Part shown: one piece after another, positions 38,802 to 49,185 of the stretch | Layout of the letters: each line of letters begins with the position of its first letter | Numbering within the stretch: position 1 is the stretch's first letter | Made by a program: the position numbers and the translations under genes | The notes under the pieces: model-generated | Databases searched by the model: none | The model's input: the letters and a program-made list of their open reading frames with translations, nothing else | What the model was told of the DNA's origin: nothing | Assembly: GCA_040767195.1 (NCBI GenBank) | Contig: JAXGPA010000006.1 | Coordinates: forward strand, 75,084 to 139,083 | Reading direction: 5' to 3' | Length of the DNA stretch: 64,000 nt | Source: Syntrophales bacterium | Lineage (GTDB): Bacteria; Desulfobacterota; Syntrophia; Syntrophales; UBA6807

Positions 38802-40658
38802 TCAGGCGGTGGCGGGCGCGCCGGCGGAACTGCCGCCGGGGATTTCCTCCCCGGGGGCGGCCTCCCCGGAATCCGTGGTTTCGATGATCCGGTCGATCTC
38901 CTCGGCGTTCAGGACCTCCTTCGAGAGAAGCTCCCCGGCCATCTTGTGGAGGATGTCGATGTGGCGGGACAGGAGGTCCCGGGCCCGGTCGAAGTTCTCC
39001 CGGACGATCCGGGTGATTTCCCGATCGATCTTTTCCGCCGTCTCCTCGCTGTAGTCCTTGTGGGTGGCGAACTCCTTCCCCAGGAAGATCTGTTCTTCCT
39101 TCTTCCCGTAGGCCAGGGGTCCCAGGTCCTCGCTCATGCCCCACTCGCAGACCATTTTCCGGGCCAGTTCGGTGGCCCGCTCGATGTCGTTTCCCGCCCC
39201 CGTGGTGAAGTCCTTGAGGATGAGGCTCTCGGCGGCGCGCCCGCCCAGGAGTATGGCGATGGCGTTGAGGAGGTACTCCCGGGTGTAGGTGTGCTTCTCG
39301 TCCACCGGAAGCTGCTGGGTGAGCCCCAGGGCCCGGCCCCGGGGGATGATGGTCACCTTGTGGATGGGGTCCGTCCCGGGGGTCAGCCGGGCCACCAGGG
39401 CATGGCCTGCCTCGTGGTAGGCCGTGTTTTTCTTCTCCTCGTCGGTGATGACGAGGCTTCGCCTTTCCGCTCCCATGAGGACCTTGTCCTTGGCGAACTC
39501 GAAGTCCGTCATGATCACCCGTTCCCGGTTCGCCCGGGCGGCCCGGAGAGCCGCCTCGTTCACCAGGTTTTCGATGTCCGCCCCGGAAAACCCCGGCGTT
39601 CCCCGGGCGAGGACGTCGAGCTTCACGTCTTCCCCTGCGGGGATTTTGCGGACATGGACCTGGAAGATCTTCTCCCGGCCCTTGATGTCGGGCAGAGGAA
39701 CCACCACCTGGCGGTCGAAACGCCCCGGCCGGAGCAGGGCCGGGTCGAGAACGTCGGGCCGGTTCGTGGCCGACATGATGATGACGCCGTCATTGGACTC
39801 GAAACCGTCCATCTCCACGAGAAGCTGGTTCAGGGTCTGCTCCCGCTCGTCGTGACCCCCGCCCAGGCCCGCCCCGCGGTGCCGGCCCACGGCGTCCAGC
39901 TCGTCGATGAAGATGATGCAGGGGGCGTATTTCTTCCCCTGGGTGAAGAGGTCCCGCACCCGGGAGGCGCCGACGCCGACGAACATCTCCACGAAATCGG
40001 ACCCGCTGATGGTGAGGAAGGGAACCTCGGCCTCCCCGGCGATGGCCCGGGCCAGGAGGGTCTTCCCCGTCCCCGGCGGGCCCACGAGAAGCACCCCCTT
40101 GGGAATGCGGCCGCCCAGGCGGGTGAACTTTTTGGGGTCCTTGAGGAACTCGACGATTTCCTCGAGCTCTTCCGTCGCCTCGTCGATCCCCGCCACGTCC
40201 TCGAAGGTGACCTTCTTGGACTTGTCCGTCATGAGCCGGGCGCGGCTCTTCCCGAAGGACATGGCTTTTCCGCCGCCGGACTGCATCTGGCGCATGAAAA
40301 AGATCCACACGCCGATAAGCAGGATGATGGGAAGCCAGGAGATGAGGATGGTCATGTACCAGCTGTTCCCTTCGGCGGGCTTGACGGAGATCCGGGTCCC
40401 CTTCTCCTGGAGAAGGGCGATCAGCCCCGAGTCCCTGGGCGCGTAAGACTTGAAGAAACGGCCGTCGTTCAGTTTCCCCTCGACGTTCTCCCCCTTGATG
40501 GTCACCTCGGCCACCTGGCCCTTCTGGGCGAACTCCATGAGGTCGCTGTAGAGGATTTCCTGGGTCCCTCTCTGGGGCTGGTTGAACATCTGGAAGAGAA
40601 AGATGAAAACGAGGGTGATGGTCAGCCAGAGGGCTATATTCTTATGCAGTGGATTCAC
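38802..40658 (-). CDS. ftsH: ATP-dependent Zn metalloprotease FtsH
   Basis: Two TM segments, [30 protein letters not shown]. Confidence 0.97.
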   Translation of the reverse strand: MNPLHKNIALWLTITLVFIFLFQMFNQPQRGTQEILYSDLMEFAQKGQVAEVTIKGENVEGKLNDGRFFKSYAPRDSGLIALLQEKGTRISVKPAEGNSWYMTILISWLPIILLIGVWIFFMRQMQSGGGKAMSFGKSRARLMTDKSKKVTFEDVAGIDEATEELEEIVEFLKDPKKFTRLGGRIPKGVLLVGPPGTGKTLLARAIAGEAEVPFLTISGSDFVEMFVGVGASRVRDLFTQGKKYAPCIIFIDELDAVGRHRGAGLGGGHDEREQTLNQLLVEMDGFESNDGVIIMSATNRPDVLDPALLRPGRFDRQVVVPLPDIKGREKIFQVHVRKIPAGEDVKLDVLARGTPGFSGADIENLVNEAALRAARANRERVIMTDFEFAKDKVLMGAERRSLVITDEEKKNTAYHEAGHALVARLTPGTDPIHKVTIIPRGRALGLTQQLPVDEKHTYTREYLLNAIAILLGGRAAESLILKDFTTGAGNDIERATELARKMVCEWGMSEDLGPLAYGKKEEQIFLGKEFATHKDYSEETAEKIDREITRIVRENFDRARDLLSRHIDILHKMAGELLSKEVLNAEEIDRIIETTDSGEAAPGEEIPGGSSAGAPATA

Positions 40659-40754
40659 CTTGTCGAACTCCTTGAGGTCCGTCTTTTTCCCCGGCCCCCC
40701 GCCGCCGGGCGGAGAACCGTAAGCTGATTCCTTTATAACATAAAAGCGATCTTA

Positions 40755-42167
40755 TCAAATCATTTCGGCTCGAACGGCCCGTGTCGTCTCCCCGGTGATC
40801 TTCACGCGGTCGCTCAGGCGGTGGCCGGCCACCCAGAGAACCCCCAGGGCATCGACAACCAGGGGAACCTTTTCCCGGTCCGCCCGGGGAACCTTGTCGT
40901 CCGTCAGGATGTCCCTGACCTTCCGGGAACCGGGACCGCCCAGGGGCCGGATCCGGTCCCCCCGTTCCACCCCGCGGACAAACAGCGGCGGGACCGTTTT
41001 GTCCCGGTCGAAGAAGACGACGTTTCGCGGCGAGAGCCGGCACCGGTCCGGAGGCGCGGCATCGAAGCGGATGGCCCGGCCGGCCTCGGGGATTTCCACC
41101 AGGCCGGGGATCGTCACGGGATAACGGAAAGAGGGCCTTTCACCGGCACCGGCGGCGTCTTCCCCGCGCTGCCGGCCGGGAGGCTTCCGCCCTATGCAGA
41201 CGAGGCTGCCTTCCCGCGTGGCCACCACGCCCCGGGGGAAATGAAGGCTCCCCTCCCGCCGGCTTCCTTCCATGAGTCCCAGCGCGGCCTCCACGTGGGC
41301 GGAAAGGACCTGCCTTTTCTCACCCACGAAACCCTCGAGAAGGTCGCGGATGACCCGCCTTCGCAGGGCGGGGTGCCAGGCGGCGATCTCATCGACGGGA
41401 ATGAACCTTTCGCCGCCGGGACCGGGCCGCCACAACCGGGCCGCACGCCGTGCCTCCTCTTCGAGAAAGTCATTTTCCTCTCTCAGGACCGCCGCGGCCC
41501 GGGTGAGGGTTTCCCGGATGTTTTCATTGTATCGCTCTTCCAGGATCGGGATAAGGTCGTGCCGGATCCTGTTTCTCCGGTACCGGAGATCCCCGTTCGT
41601 CTCGTCCCGCCGGCAGGGGATGCCGTTTTTCTCGAGAAAGGCGAGAATCTCTTCCCGGGACGTCTCGATGAGCGGCCGGATGTACCGACCTTCCCGGACC
41701 GGTTCCATGCCCCGGAGGCCCCGCAGTCCGCTTCCCCGGAGGACGTTCATGAGGATCGTCTCCGCCTGGTCGTCCCGGTGATGCCCCAGGGCGATTTTTT
41801 GAAGGCCTTCCGACCCCGCCGCCTCCTCGAAAAAACGGTACCGCTCTTCCCGTCCCAGTTCCTCCAGGGTGCCCTTCCGCTTTTCGCGGATCTCCCCGAT
41901 GGAGACTTTTTTCGAGAGAAAGGGAAGGCCCAGGTCCGCCGCGTGCGCCCTGACGAAGGCCTCGTCGCCGTCCGACTGGTCCCCCCTGAGGCCGTGGTTC
42001 AGGTGAAGGACCGTCAGCGTGAAGGTCACGGGACCGCGGTAACCAAGAAGGGCGTGGAGGAGGGCCATGGAATCGGGCCCCCCCGAGACGGCGGCGCCGA
42101 CCCGGTCCCCCTGTTGAATCATGCCGTACCGGCCGATGGTTCTTGTGACTTTTCCGATGAAATCCAT
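40755..42167 (-). CDS. tilS: tRNA(Ile)-lysidine synthase
   Basis: AVSGGPDS, NHGLR, GHHRDDQAET, IRPL, RNRIR; upstream of ftsH. Confidence 0.95.
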   Translation of the reverse strand: MDFIGKVTRTIGRYGMIQQGDRVGAAVSGGPDSMALLHALLGYRGPVTFTLTVLHLNHGLRGDQSDGDEAFVRAHAADLGLPFLSKKVSIGEIREKRKGTLEELGREERYRFFEEAAGSEGLQKIALGHHRDDQAETILMNVLRGSGLRGLRGMEPVREGRYIRPLIETSREEILAFLEKNGIPCRRDETNGDLRYRRNRIRHDLIPILEERYNENIRETLTRAAAVLREENDFLEEEARRAARLWRPGPGGERFIPVDEIAAWHPALRRRVIRDLLEGFVGEKRQVLSAHVEAALGLMEGSRREGSLHFPRGVVATREGSLVCIGRKPPGRQRGEDAAGAGERPSFRYPVTIPGLVEIPEAGRAIRFDAAPPDRCRLSPRNVVFFDRDKTVPPLFVRGVERGDRIRPLGGPGSRKVRDILTDDKVPRADREKVPLVVDALGVLWVAGHRLSDRVKITGETTRAVRAEMI

Positions 42168-42183
42168 GAAGCAGGAAGCCTTG

Positions 42184-42834
42184 TCACGGCGGGGACAGGA
42201 CGCCGGGAAGCTCCCGGATGTCCCCCAGGGCGTAATCCGGTTCGAGGGCCAGGAGTTTCACCCCGTCCCCGAGACCGTTCAGGAGGGCGCAGCTCACGGC
42301 CCCGCCGTTTTTCGCCAGGAGCACGTCGTTGACCCCGTCGCCGATAACGGCCGTTTTCTCCGGGCGGGCCCCGTGCCTTTCCAGGAGAACGCCCAGGAGC
42401 CGGGGGTCCGGCTTCCCCCAGGGGTGGCTGTCCATCCCGTATATGCCTTCGAAATACGGCGCCAGCCCCAGCCCTTCGGCGATTCTCACGGAAAAGCGGT
42501 GCGTCTTGTTCGTGAGGATCACCTTCGGGACCGGGGCGAAGTGTTCCAGGACCTCGGGAACGCCCGGGTAGGGGACCGTCGCGTCGAGGAGATGGGTCTC
42601 GTAATGGGAAAGAAAGAGCTCGAGGGCCCGGTCTTTCAGGGAAGCGGCCTTTTCCCCCAGGGACCGTTCAATGAGCTTGCCCACCCCGTCGCCCACGTGG
42701 CTGATGACCTGCTCTTTGGGCAGGCCGGGGAGCCCGAGACGGGCCAGGGCATGGTTCACCGACGCCGTCAGGTCCGTCCCTGAATCCACCAGGGTGCCGT
42801 CAAGATCGAAAATCATCAGTTCCACGGTTCTCAT
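42184..42834 (-). CDS. HAD-IA hydrolase (phosphoglycolate phosphatase-like)
   Basis: FDLDGTLVDS, LTNK, KPDP, IGDGVND. Confidence 0.88.
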   Translation of the reverse strand: MRTVELMIFDLDGTLVDSGTDLTASVNHALARLGLPGLPKEQVISHVGDGVGKLIERSLGEKAASLKDRALELFLSHYETHLLDATVPYPGVPEVLEHFAPVPKVILTNKTHRFSVRIAEGLGLAPYFEGIYGMDSHPWGKPDPRLLGVLLERHGARPEKTAVIGDGVNDVLLAKNGGAVSCALLNGLGDGVKLLALEPDYALGDIRELPGVLSPP

Positions 42835-42897
42835 AACGAATAGATTATATCAGGATTTGCCCGGCGACTCAAAGAGTCCGCCAGCCCGGCCGGGGGG

Positions 42898-44910
42898 TCA
42901 GCCGCCGATGAGGCATTTCCGGATCTTGTCCCAATCCCTCTTTTTCACCCACTCGTATTTTTCGTTGAAAAGCATGTCAGCGTTGTAGAATTTGCCCGAC
43001 TTCACGCGGCCGGCAAACTTTTTCACCTGGGAGGGACCGCCGTTGTAAACGGCGTAAACCATCCGGGCAACGAGGTCGTCATCGAGAGCGATCTCCTTTT
43101 CGATCCTGTCCAGCCGGTTCAGAATGTACTTGAAAAGATACAGCTCCAGGATCCGGCAGCCCGCCATGGCGTTGTACGTGATGTCCCAGCGCAGCCGGTT
43201 GCCCTCGTAAAGGCCCCGCCAGACCCGCTCGTTCACCTGCATGATCCCCACGGACGTTCCGTTGTAGGACCGGAGGTACCGGATCTTTCCCTTTTTCTCC
43301 CGAAACTGCCGAAAACAGCTCTCCTGCCATGCCGCCGCAAGAACGATGTCATGGTAGAGATCATTGTAATCCTTCGGGATCCGGCTTTCCTTCAGGGCCC
43401 CGTCGGCCTGTTCCAGAAGGAGGCCTCGCACCCGCTTCATGTATGCGTCGAGATTGGAACGGTCGACGACCCATTTCCGGATGGAAGGGTCCGCCGGCGG
43501 GGATTCCTCGGCTTCCCCCGCCCAGGCCCGGGAAAAGATCCAGTTCGCCGCCCAGGCGGCGGACCATCTCCTCAGGGCGTCCCCCGGTCCGCCGTCCACA
43601 TCCCCGGCCTCCCCGCCTTCCGGGACCTCCCCCTCCTTCCCGTCTTCCGGAGCCTCCCCTTCCTCCGTTTCACCGGTGTCCCATTCCTCTCCCTCGAAAG
43701 CGGGCCCGGGAAAGTCCGGCGCCCGGCCCAGGCCCAGAACCCTTCTCAGCTTTGCGCTCACCCCGTAATCATAGGGGAGGAGTGGCTCCTTCTCGTCCGT
43801 CAGGAGCCCCATGAGGCGGATCCAGCCGTTCCGGCTGATCTCGATCCCCAGGGTGGGGCCGATCCGGTCGATCGTTTCCAGGGCGTCGGAGGCCGTGAAA
43901 AAAGCCAGGAACCGGAAGAGGTTCCGTGACGGCTCGTCGCCCAGGTGGCGGCGGAAGACGGGCGACAGGCTTTTCCAGGCGGTGATGAACTCCTCCCGGA
44001 CGAAATCACCCCGGTCACTCTCCTCCGACAGGGCATCGACAAACCGGTAACGGGCGTCCAGGAGGGTCGTCAGGAGAATCTCCCGGTCTTCTTCCGTCAG
44101 GGGCTGCCGTGACAGGGTCATGAGGATGGAGATGAGGTAGGTGTCCCACACCTCCCAGGAGTTAATAAACCTGTTCAGGGTTTCATCGGAAAGCTCTTCT
44201 TTTTCCTCCGTTTTTACGAGAGGGCCTTCCGCCGATTCCTCCAGCTCCGCCAGGACCTGCAGGCGGATCCCCCCCCCGTCTCCGTCGACGGTGAATGACC
44301 CCGGCCGAAGGCTTTCGAACATTTTCCGAGCCCTTTCCCGGGAGTCTTCCCGGAAAAGGGGAAGAAGGGTGTCTTTCACGTCCGCCACCGGCGGTCCCAG
44401 GTCTACCGTGATGGTCTTCAGAAATTCGTGGACCCTGGGCTTGACGAAATCCCAGACGAGGCCGGCCACCGTGGCCGGTTCCCGGTCCACCGTGAGAACG
44501 GTGGAATCTTCCGTTTCGAAGAAGAGGGTCCACGTGCCCGGAAGGATGACGGGCCGCTGGAAGAGAACGACGATGCCCTCCCACGTCACGGGAAGCAGGC
44601 AGTCGCCGCCGACGGGGGTCCCCAGGCGGACGGACACCCGCGTTTCGAACCGGATCCGGCCTTCTTCTCCGCCGTAGAGGGGCCGGGACAGGGTGATGTT
44701 CCGGCAGCCTTCACACTCGTCCAGGATCACCACCGATTCATCCACACCCCGAAAAGTCGTGTAGACCACCATGGACCGGAGAAGAGAAAAATCGATGGTC
44801 ATGGGAAAGACGACGCTTTTCGCCTCCCCGAGCGCGGGGGAACACAGAAAGGCCAGCCAGAGGAACAGGATCCCTGTGCGTGCTCTCCCGAAAACGGGTG
44901 TTTTTTTCAT
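42898..44910 (-). CDS. Large secreted protein with C-terminal lytic transglycosylase (SLT) domain
   Basis: Signal peptide; AWQESC, SVGIMQVN, AVYNGG; acidic linker before the SLT domain. Confidence 0.8.
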   Translation of the reverse strand: MKKTPVFGRARTGILFLWLAFLCSPALGEAKSVVFPMTIDFSLLRSMVVYTTFRGVDESVVILDECEGCRNITLSRPLYGGEEGRIRFETRVSVRLGTPVGGDCLLPVTWEGIVVLFQRPVILPGTWTLFFETEDSTVLTVDREPATVAGLVWDFVKPRVHEFLKTITVDLGPPVADVKDTLLPLFREDSRERARKMFESLRPGSFTVDGDGGGIRLQVLAELEESAEGPLVKTEEKEELSDETLNRFINSWEVWDTYLISILMTLSRQPLTEEDREILLTTLLDARYRFVDALSEESDRGDFVREEFITAWKSLSPVFRRHLGDEPSRNLFRFLAFFTASDALETIDRIGPTLGIEISRNGWIRLMGLLTDEKEPLLPYDYGVSAKLRRVLGLGRAPDFPGPAFEGEEWDTGETEEGEAPEDGKEGEVPEGGEAGDVDGGPGDALRRWSAAWAANWIFSRAWAGEAEESPPADPSIRKWVVDRSNLDAYMKRVRGLLLEQADGALKESRIPKDYNDLYHDIVLAAAWQESCFRQFREKKGKIRYLRSYNGTSVGIMQVNERVWRGLYEGNRLRWDITYNAMAGCRILELYLFKYILNRLDRIEKEIALDDDLVARMVYAVYNGGPSQVKKFAGRVKSGKFYNADMLFNEKYEWVKKRDWDKIRKCLIGG

Positions 44911-46457
44911 TCCTTTTCCTTTATCCCGAAGATCTCCGTAACGGCGAGAAACACCGCTTCACGGGCCTCTTCCGTTTCGGCGGTGCCGTCAGCCCGGCCA
45001 TCGGCGGCGCGGAAATAAACCTCCTCCCGCCTTTCCTCTCCCCCGGCCGTTCTCTTTAACACACCATAATGAAAGGAACAACGGTCATCTTCAGCCTTCT
45101 CCACCAGTTCCTTCATGGCGAGGACGGCCCCTCCCCGGGCGAGGTCGGCGAGACCGGCGGAATGGCGGAGGGCCTGCCCGGTGAAGGCGAGGGGAGCCCT
45201 GTCAAGGGGTCCGGCATCCTCGAGGACGCCCGCCCCCCAGGCGACGCCGGCGTTCAGGACCACCGGTATGTCCATCCCTTTCCTGTCCGACCAGGACCGG
45301 CGGAGCGCGTTTATCCTGTTTTTTAACAATACGGCGCATGTTATCGCTTTTCCTGCCGTTTCTCCGCTGAATCCGGACCAGGGGAAAACGCCCCGGAACC
45401 GGCCTTCCCCGGCATTTCCCGGAACCCCCCCCTGGCGGCGGATCACTCCGTCGGCCTCCCGGGCCGCCTCCGAGACGAATTCGGCGTATTCCCGGGATGG
45501 CAGGGCGACGCACAGCTGTGCGAGGCCTTCCATTCTTGCCGCCACGACAATGAAGGCTCCCTTCTGCCCCTGTCCCGGCCCCGCAGCCGCGGATTCCCCG
45601 CCCGGCGGACCGTCCTCGCTCCCTGGTCCCTCCGGCGGCACCGCCTCCCAGACGAAAACGATCTCCTTCCGGAGTCGCAGGCCGTGGAGCAGGAATCTTT
45701 CCGTCCAGCCTTCTCTGTTTTCGAGCTTCAGGGGCACCGTGAGGGCGAATTTCTTTTCCCGTTCCGCCAACCGCTCCCACCTCCGGGCCATGGACTCCCC
45801 CGTTGGGCCGTCCAGGGACAGAATGACCCCCTCCCTGGAAAAAACCGTTTTCATCATGGCGACGTGGGCGTCCAAGACGGCGTCGCTGTCGATCCAGCGC
45901 TCCTGCCAGGTTACCCCCAGGAACCCGGGAAAGGTTTCCCCGCCCCGGGGCGAGCGGTCTTCCAGGGATTCATTAATATCCATAAAATCGTTTTTATAAC
46001 GGCGGTTTAACCAGAGAATCCTGAGTGACTGGTTTATACTATAAGCGGGATAGGGAATATCCTCCCCGGAGCCATGAAGGGGTATACGCCTTCTCGTCCG
46101 GGGCGGCACTTCCCCGCCGGCTTCCCGGGACACGGCTTGCGCTTCTCCGCCGGCTTCCCGGGATATCCGCGGCCCCTCCACGGCCGGTCCGGCCTCGGCT
46201 TTGAGGATGGCCGCCACCTCTTCCATGGACTTGCCGTTTTCCTTGAGCCTTCGGATTCTTTCCATCCGTTCCGCCGCTTCGGGCGGGAAATAGCCGATCT
46301 TCTTCGTTCCCTTCATGCCTTCCCGGGCACCCCCCACCACCGGCCGTGGAAGAAGGCCGGCCTTGATGTAATTGTTGAGGGTTCCCCGGGAGATCCCCTG
46401 CTTCTCCATAAGTTCACGGCTGGAGATCCAGGCGTCATCGGGATGTTTTTTTTCCAT
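44907..46457 (-). CDS. MerR-like HTH fused to a degenerate class III nucleotide cyclase domain
   Basis: N-terminal SSRELMEKQGISRGTLNNYIKAGLLPRP; C-terminal cyclase-like layout (IRRQGG...AGEG, AITCAV.L, NAGVAWG). Confidence 0.65.
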   Translation of the reverse strand: MEKKHPDDAWISSRELMEKQGISRGTLNNYIKAGLLPRPVVGGAREGMKGTKKIGYFPPEAAERMERIRRLKENGKSMEEVAAILKAEAGPAVEGPRISREAGGEAQAVSREAGGEVPPRTRRRIPLHGSGEDIPYPAYSINQSLRILWLNRRYKNDFMDINESLEDRSPRGGETFPGFLGVTWQERWIDSDAVLDAHVAMMKTVFSREGVILSLDGPTGESMARRWERLAEREKKFALTVPLKLENREGWTERFLLHGLRLRKEIVFVWEAVPPEGPGSEDGPPGGESAAAGPGQGQKGAFIVVAARMEGLAQLCVALPSREYAEFVSEAAREADGVIRRQGGVPGNAGEGRFRGVFPWSGFSGETAGKAITCAVLLKNRINALRRSWSDRKGMDIPVVLNAGVAWGAGVLEDAGPLDRAPLAFTGQALRHSAGLADLARGGAVLAMKELVEKAEDDRCSFHYGVLKRTAGGEERREEVYFRAADGRADGTAETEEAREAVFLAVTEIFGIKEKE

Positions 46458-46480
46458 GGCGGCCCCCTTGAAACAGGTTT

Positions 46481-46594
46481 TACAGTATATTTATACTGTA
46501 TAAGCAGAAGGGGCAAGTCAATTGTACTGTATAATTAAATCACATTATTATACCGTTACTTATACAGTATAAATAGATTATTTGTACTGTATAA
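46481..46594. promoter_or_regulatory. Operator-like TACTGTATA repeats upstream of the HTH-cyclase gene
   Basis: Palindromes TACAGTATA-TT-TATACTGTA (46481-46500) and TTATACAGTATAAATA-GAT-TATTTGTACTGTATAA (46560-46594), plus a half-site at 46525. Confidence 0.65.
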
Positions 46595-46774
46595 GTAAAA
46601 ACCCTTCACGTCTCTTTAACTGTACGGGAGGAAAAAAGGCGGTGCCGGGAAACCTCGAAGGAATCATCTCCCCTTGCGCCTTGAAAAGGATAAAGTGATT
46701 CTTTCAGAACCGTCTTGCGCCGGCCCTCGCCCAGGGTGGAACCCGTCACGGCCTGTGGAAGCGGGAACGCTGAC

Positions 46775-46810
46775 AAAAAAGGCCCCCTCCCCTGCCCGGG
46801 AAGGAGGCCT
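46775..46810 (-). terminator. Intrinsic terminator after carbonic anhydrase
   Basis: Minus strand GGCCTCCTTCCC...GGGAGGGGGCC-TTTTTT. Confidence 0.7.
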
Positions 46811-46896
46811 TCGAACCCGCCTTCGAGCGCGTTAATGTTTTTCCTTAGACAGTCCCCGAAATCCTCTTCGGGAAACGAGCCGCTTCAGCACCCCTC

Positions 46897-47676
46897 TCAG
46901 GAGTGTGTCGAACCGGTCTTGTGTTCGTCTTTCGGCGCAGCGGCGTCGTACTTCCGGATGAGTTCGAACTGCCTGGGATGGGGCCCGAGCCAGGACACCT
47001 TGCCCGTCTCGATGTCATAGAGGGCTCCCACGACCTTCAGCTTGTTCCACTTGATCCTTTTCCGCGTAGCCTCGCTCTGCCGCAGAAGATCGTCGATGCT
47101 CTGCCACACGTTGGCTGTGATGGCCTCCTCGACGAGAGCGCCGCCGGAAAGGTCGGGCCTGGCGGCCTTGACGACGTCCACGGCCTTTTCAATGTTCTTG
47201 ACGAGCGGGGGAATGTTCCCGTGCAGCTCGGCGTCGCTCGCGACGGCGGTGACGGCACCGCAGTGGCTGTGGCCCAGAACGACCATGAGGGGCGTTTCCA
47301 GGTGGTCCACCCCGTATTCGATGGACCCCGCCTCATCGGTGTTCACCACGTTTCCCGCCACGCGGACGACGAAGATGTCCCCGATTCCCCGGTCGAACAG
47401 GACCTCCACGGGAACCCGGGAATCGGAGCAGGCCAGGACGGTGACGAAAGGCGCCTGGCCTCTCGAGGTCGTCTCATGGCGCCTGTCCCGGTCCTGGTTG
47501 GGGTGGAGGGCCTTTCCCGCCACGTAACGGCCGTTTCCTTCCTCGAGGACCTGTTGAGCCGTGTTAGGGTCCTTGATCTTTCCCTCGGGAATCCAGAAGT
47601 TCTGGGCGAGATAAAACACGAAATAGATAAAAATGACCGCTCCAACGAAAATCCCGACTTTTTTCAAGTCACTCAT
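46897..47676 (-). CDS. Beta-class carbonic anhydrase with N-terminal TM anchor
   Basis: CSDSRVP, VRVAGN, GHSHCGAV; GGAGG RBS before MSDLKK. Confidence 0.92.
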   Translation of the reverse strand: MSDLKKVGIFVGAVIFIYFVFYLAQNFWIPEGKIKDPNTAQQVLEEGNGRYVAGKALHPNQDRDRRHETTSRGQAPFVTVLACSDSRVPVEVLFDRGIGDIFVVRVAGNVVNTDEAGSIEYGVDHLETPLMVVLGHSHCGAVTAVASDAELHGNIPPLVKNIEKAVDVVKAARPDLSGGALVEEAITANVWQSIDDLLRQSEATRKRIKWNKLKVVGALYDIETGKVSWLGPHPRQFELIRKYDAAAPKDEHKTGSTHS

Positions 47677-47856
47677 GCCATCCGTCCTCCTCGATACGGT
47701 ATTCTTCATTACCGGTAAGGCGGGTCACGGACCCGTCCCGCCGGTCTCATAACATCTGGGGCCGGAATGGTCAATTCAAAATCCCGGTCCCCGGCGGGGA
47801 TTGCAAAAAGAGCGGGCCTGTGTCATGGAAGAAGCACAGGCGGGGAGGGATGGACC

Positions 47857-49047
47857 ATGGAGGCGACGATCATTCTCAAGAAAAGCCGGGACAAGTCGGT
47901 CCGGCGCCTTCATCCATGGATTTTCTCCGGGGCCGTCGGGGAAATCCGGGGAAACCCCGGCCCGGGAGACACCGTGGACATCGTCACCGCCGGGGGCGAC
48001 TGGCTGGGCCGGGGCGCTTTCTCCCCCCATTCATCGATTTCCGCCCGCCTGTGGACCACGAGACCCGACGAGAGGATCGACGACGCCTTTTTTCATGGGC
48101 GGCTGGCCGGGGCCCTGAAACTCCGGAAAACGCTCCCGGAGCTCCAGGACCGGACGGCCTGGCGTCTCGTCAACGCCGAAGGCGACGGTCTTCCCGGTCT
48201 TATCATCGACTGGTACGCGCCGTGGTGCGTGTGCCAGTTTCTGTCCGCCGGGGCGGAGAGATTCCGGGGACCGGTAATCGAAAGCTTGAAGGAAATTCTT
48301 CCAACAACCGGAATATACGAAAGATCCGATTCGAGTTCCCGGCTCCGTGAAGGCCTTGACGAAAGAAAGGGGCTCCTGTGGGGCACCCCTCCAGACGGTC
48401 CCATACCCGTCACCGAAGGCCCCTGCCGCTTTCTCGTTGACATCGCCAACGGGCAGAAAACGGGATTTTACCTGGACCAGGGAGAAAACCGCCGCCTCTT
48501 CGGCGGCGCCGTCACCGGGGGCCGCGTCCTGAACGCCTTCTCGTACACCGGCGGTTTTTCAATCTGGGCCCTGGCGGGAGGGGCCGCCGGGGTGACCAAC
48601 GTGGACGGTTCCGCCCAGGCCCTCGACATGGCCCGCCTTCACGGCCCCCTGAACGGCTTCGACCCGTCGACGGTGGAAACGGTGCGGGGAAACGCCTTTC
48701 ATGTTCTGCGGGATTTCAGGGAAAAAGGCCGGACTTTCGACGCCGTTGTCGTCGACCCGCCCAAGTTCGCCGAATCGAAGGGCCAGGTGGACCGGGCCGC
48801 CCGGGGGTACAAGGACATCAACCTCCTGGCGTTCCAGCTCCTCGCCCCCGGGGGCCTTCTCTTCACCTTCTCCTGTTCAGAGCACGTCTCCCGGGAGCTT
48901 TTTCAGAAAATCGTCGCCGACGCCGCCCTGGACGGCGGCAGGCAGGGAAAGATCCTTCACTTCCTCACCCAGCCGCCGGACCACCCGACGGCCCTCCCCT
49001 TCCCCGAGGGCCTCTACCTCAAGGGACTGGCCGTCCGGGCGGACTGA
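47857..49047 (+). CDS. rlmI: 23S rRNA m5C1962 methyltransferase-like
   Basis: HPWIFSG, EGDGLPG, GQKTGFYLDQ, FSYTGGF, DPPKF, FSCS, DHP...PEG.YLK. Confidence 0.9.
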   Translation: MEATIILKKSRDKSVRRLHPWIFSGAVGEIRGNPGPGDTVDIVTAGGDWLGRGAFSPHSSISARLWTTRPDERIDDAFFHGRLAGALKLRKTLPELQDRTAWRLVNAEGDGLPGLIIDWYAPWCVCQFLSAGAERFRGPVIESLKEILPTTGIYERSDSSSRLREGLDERKGLLWGTPPDGPIPVTEGPCRFLVDIANGQKTGFYLDQGENRRLFGGAVTGGRVLNAFSYTGGFSIWALAGGAAGVTNVDGSAQALDMARLHGPLNGFDPSTVETVRGNAFHVLRDFREKGRTFDAVVVDPPKFAESKGQVDRAARGYKDINLLAFQLLAPGGLLFTFSCSEHVSRELFQKIVADAALDGGRQGKILHFLTQPPDHPTALPFPEGLYLKGLAVRAD

Positions 49048-49185
49048 ACCGTTCCGGGACGCCCGTCCCCGCAGGCATCCCCGCGGGTACTGAAGGAACC
49101 GGCGCGGGCGGGGGCCCGACCATGCCGCCAAGGCTTTTTTTCAGGACTTCGCGGGGTTGGGAAAACGCAAGGGGGTTCGTCAACC

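Noticed and set aside
46481..46594. Canonical LexA SOS boxes
   Set aside because: No CTGT-N8-ACAG arrangement; the close palindromes are in ACAG...CTGT polarity
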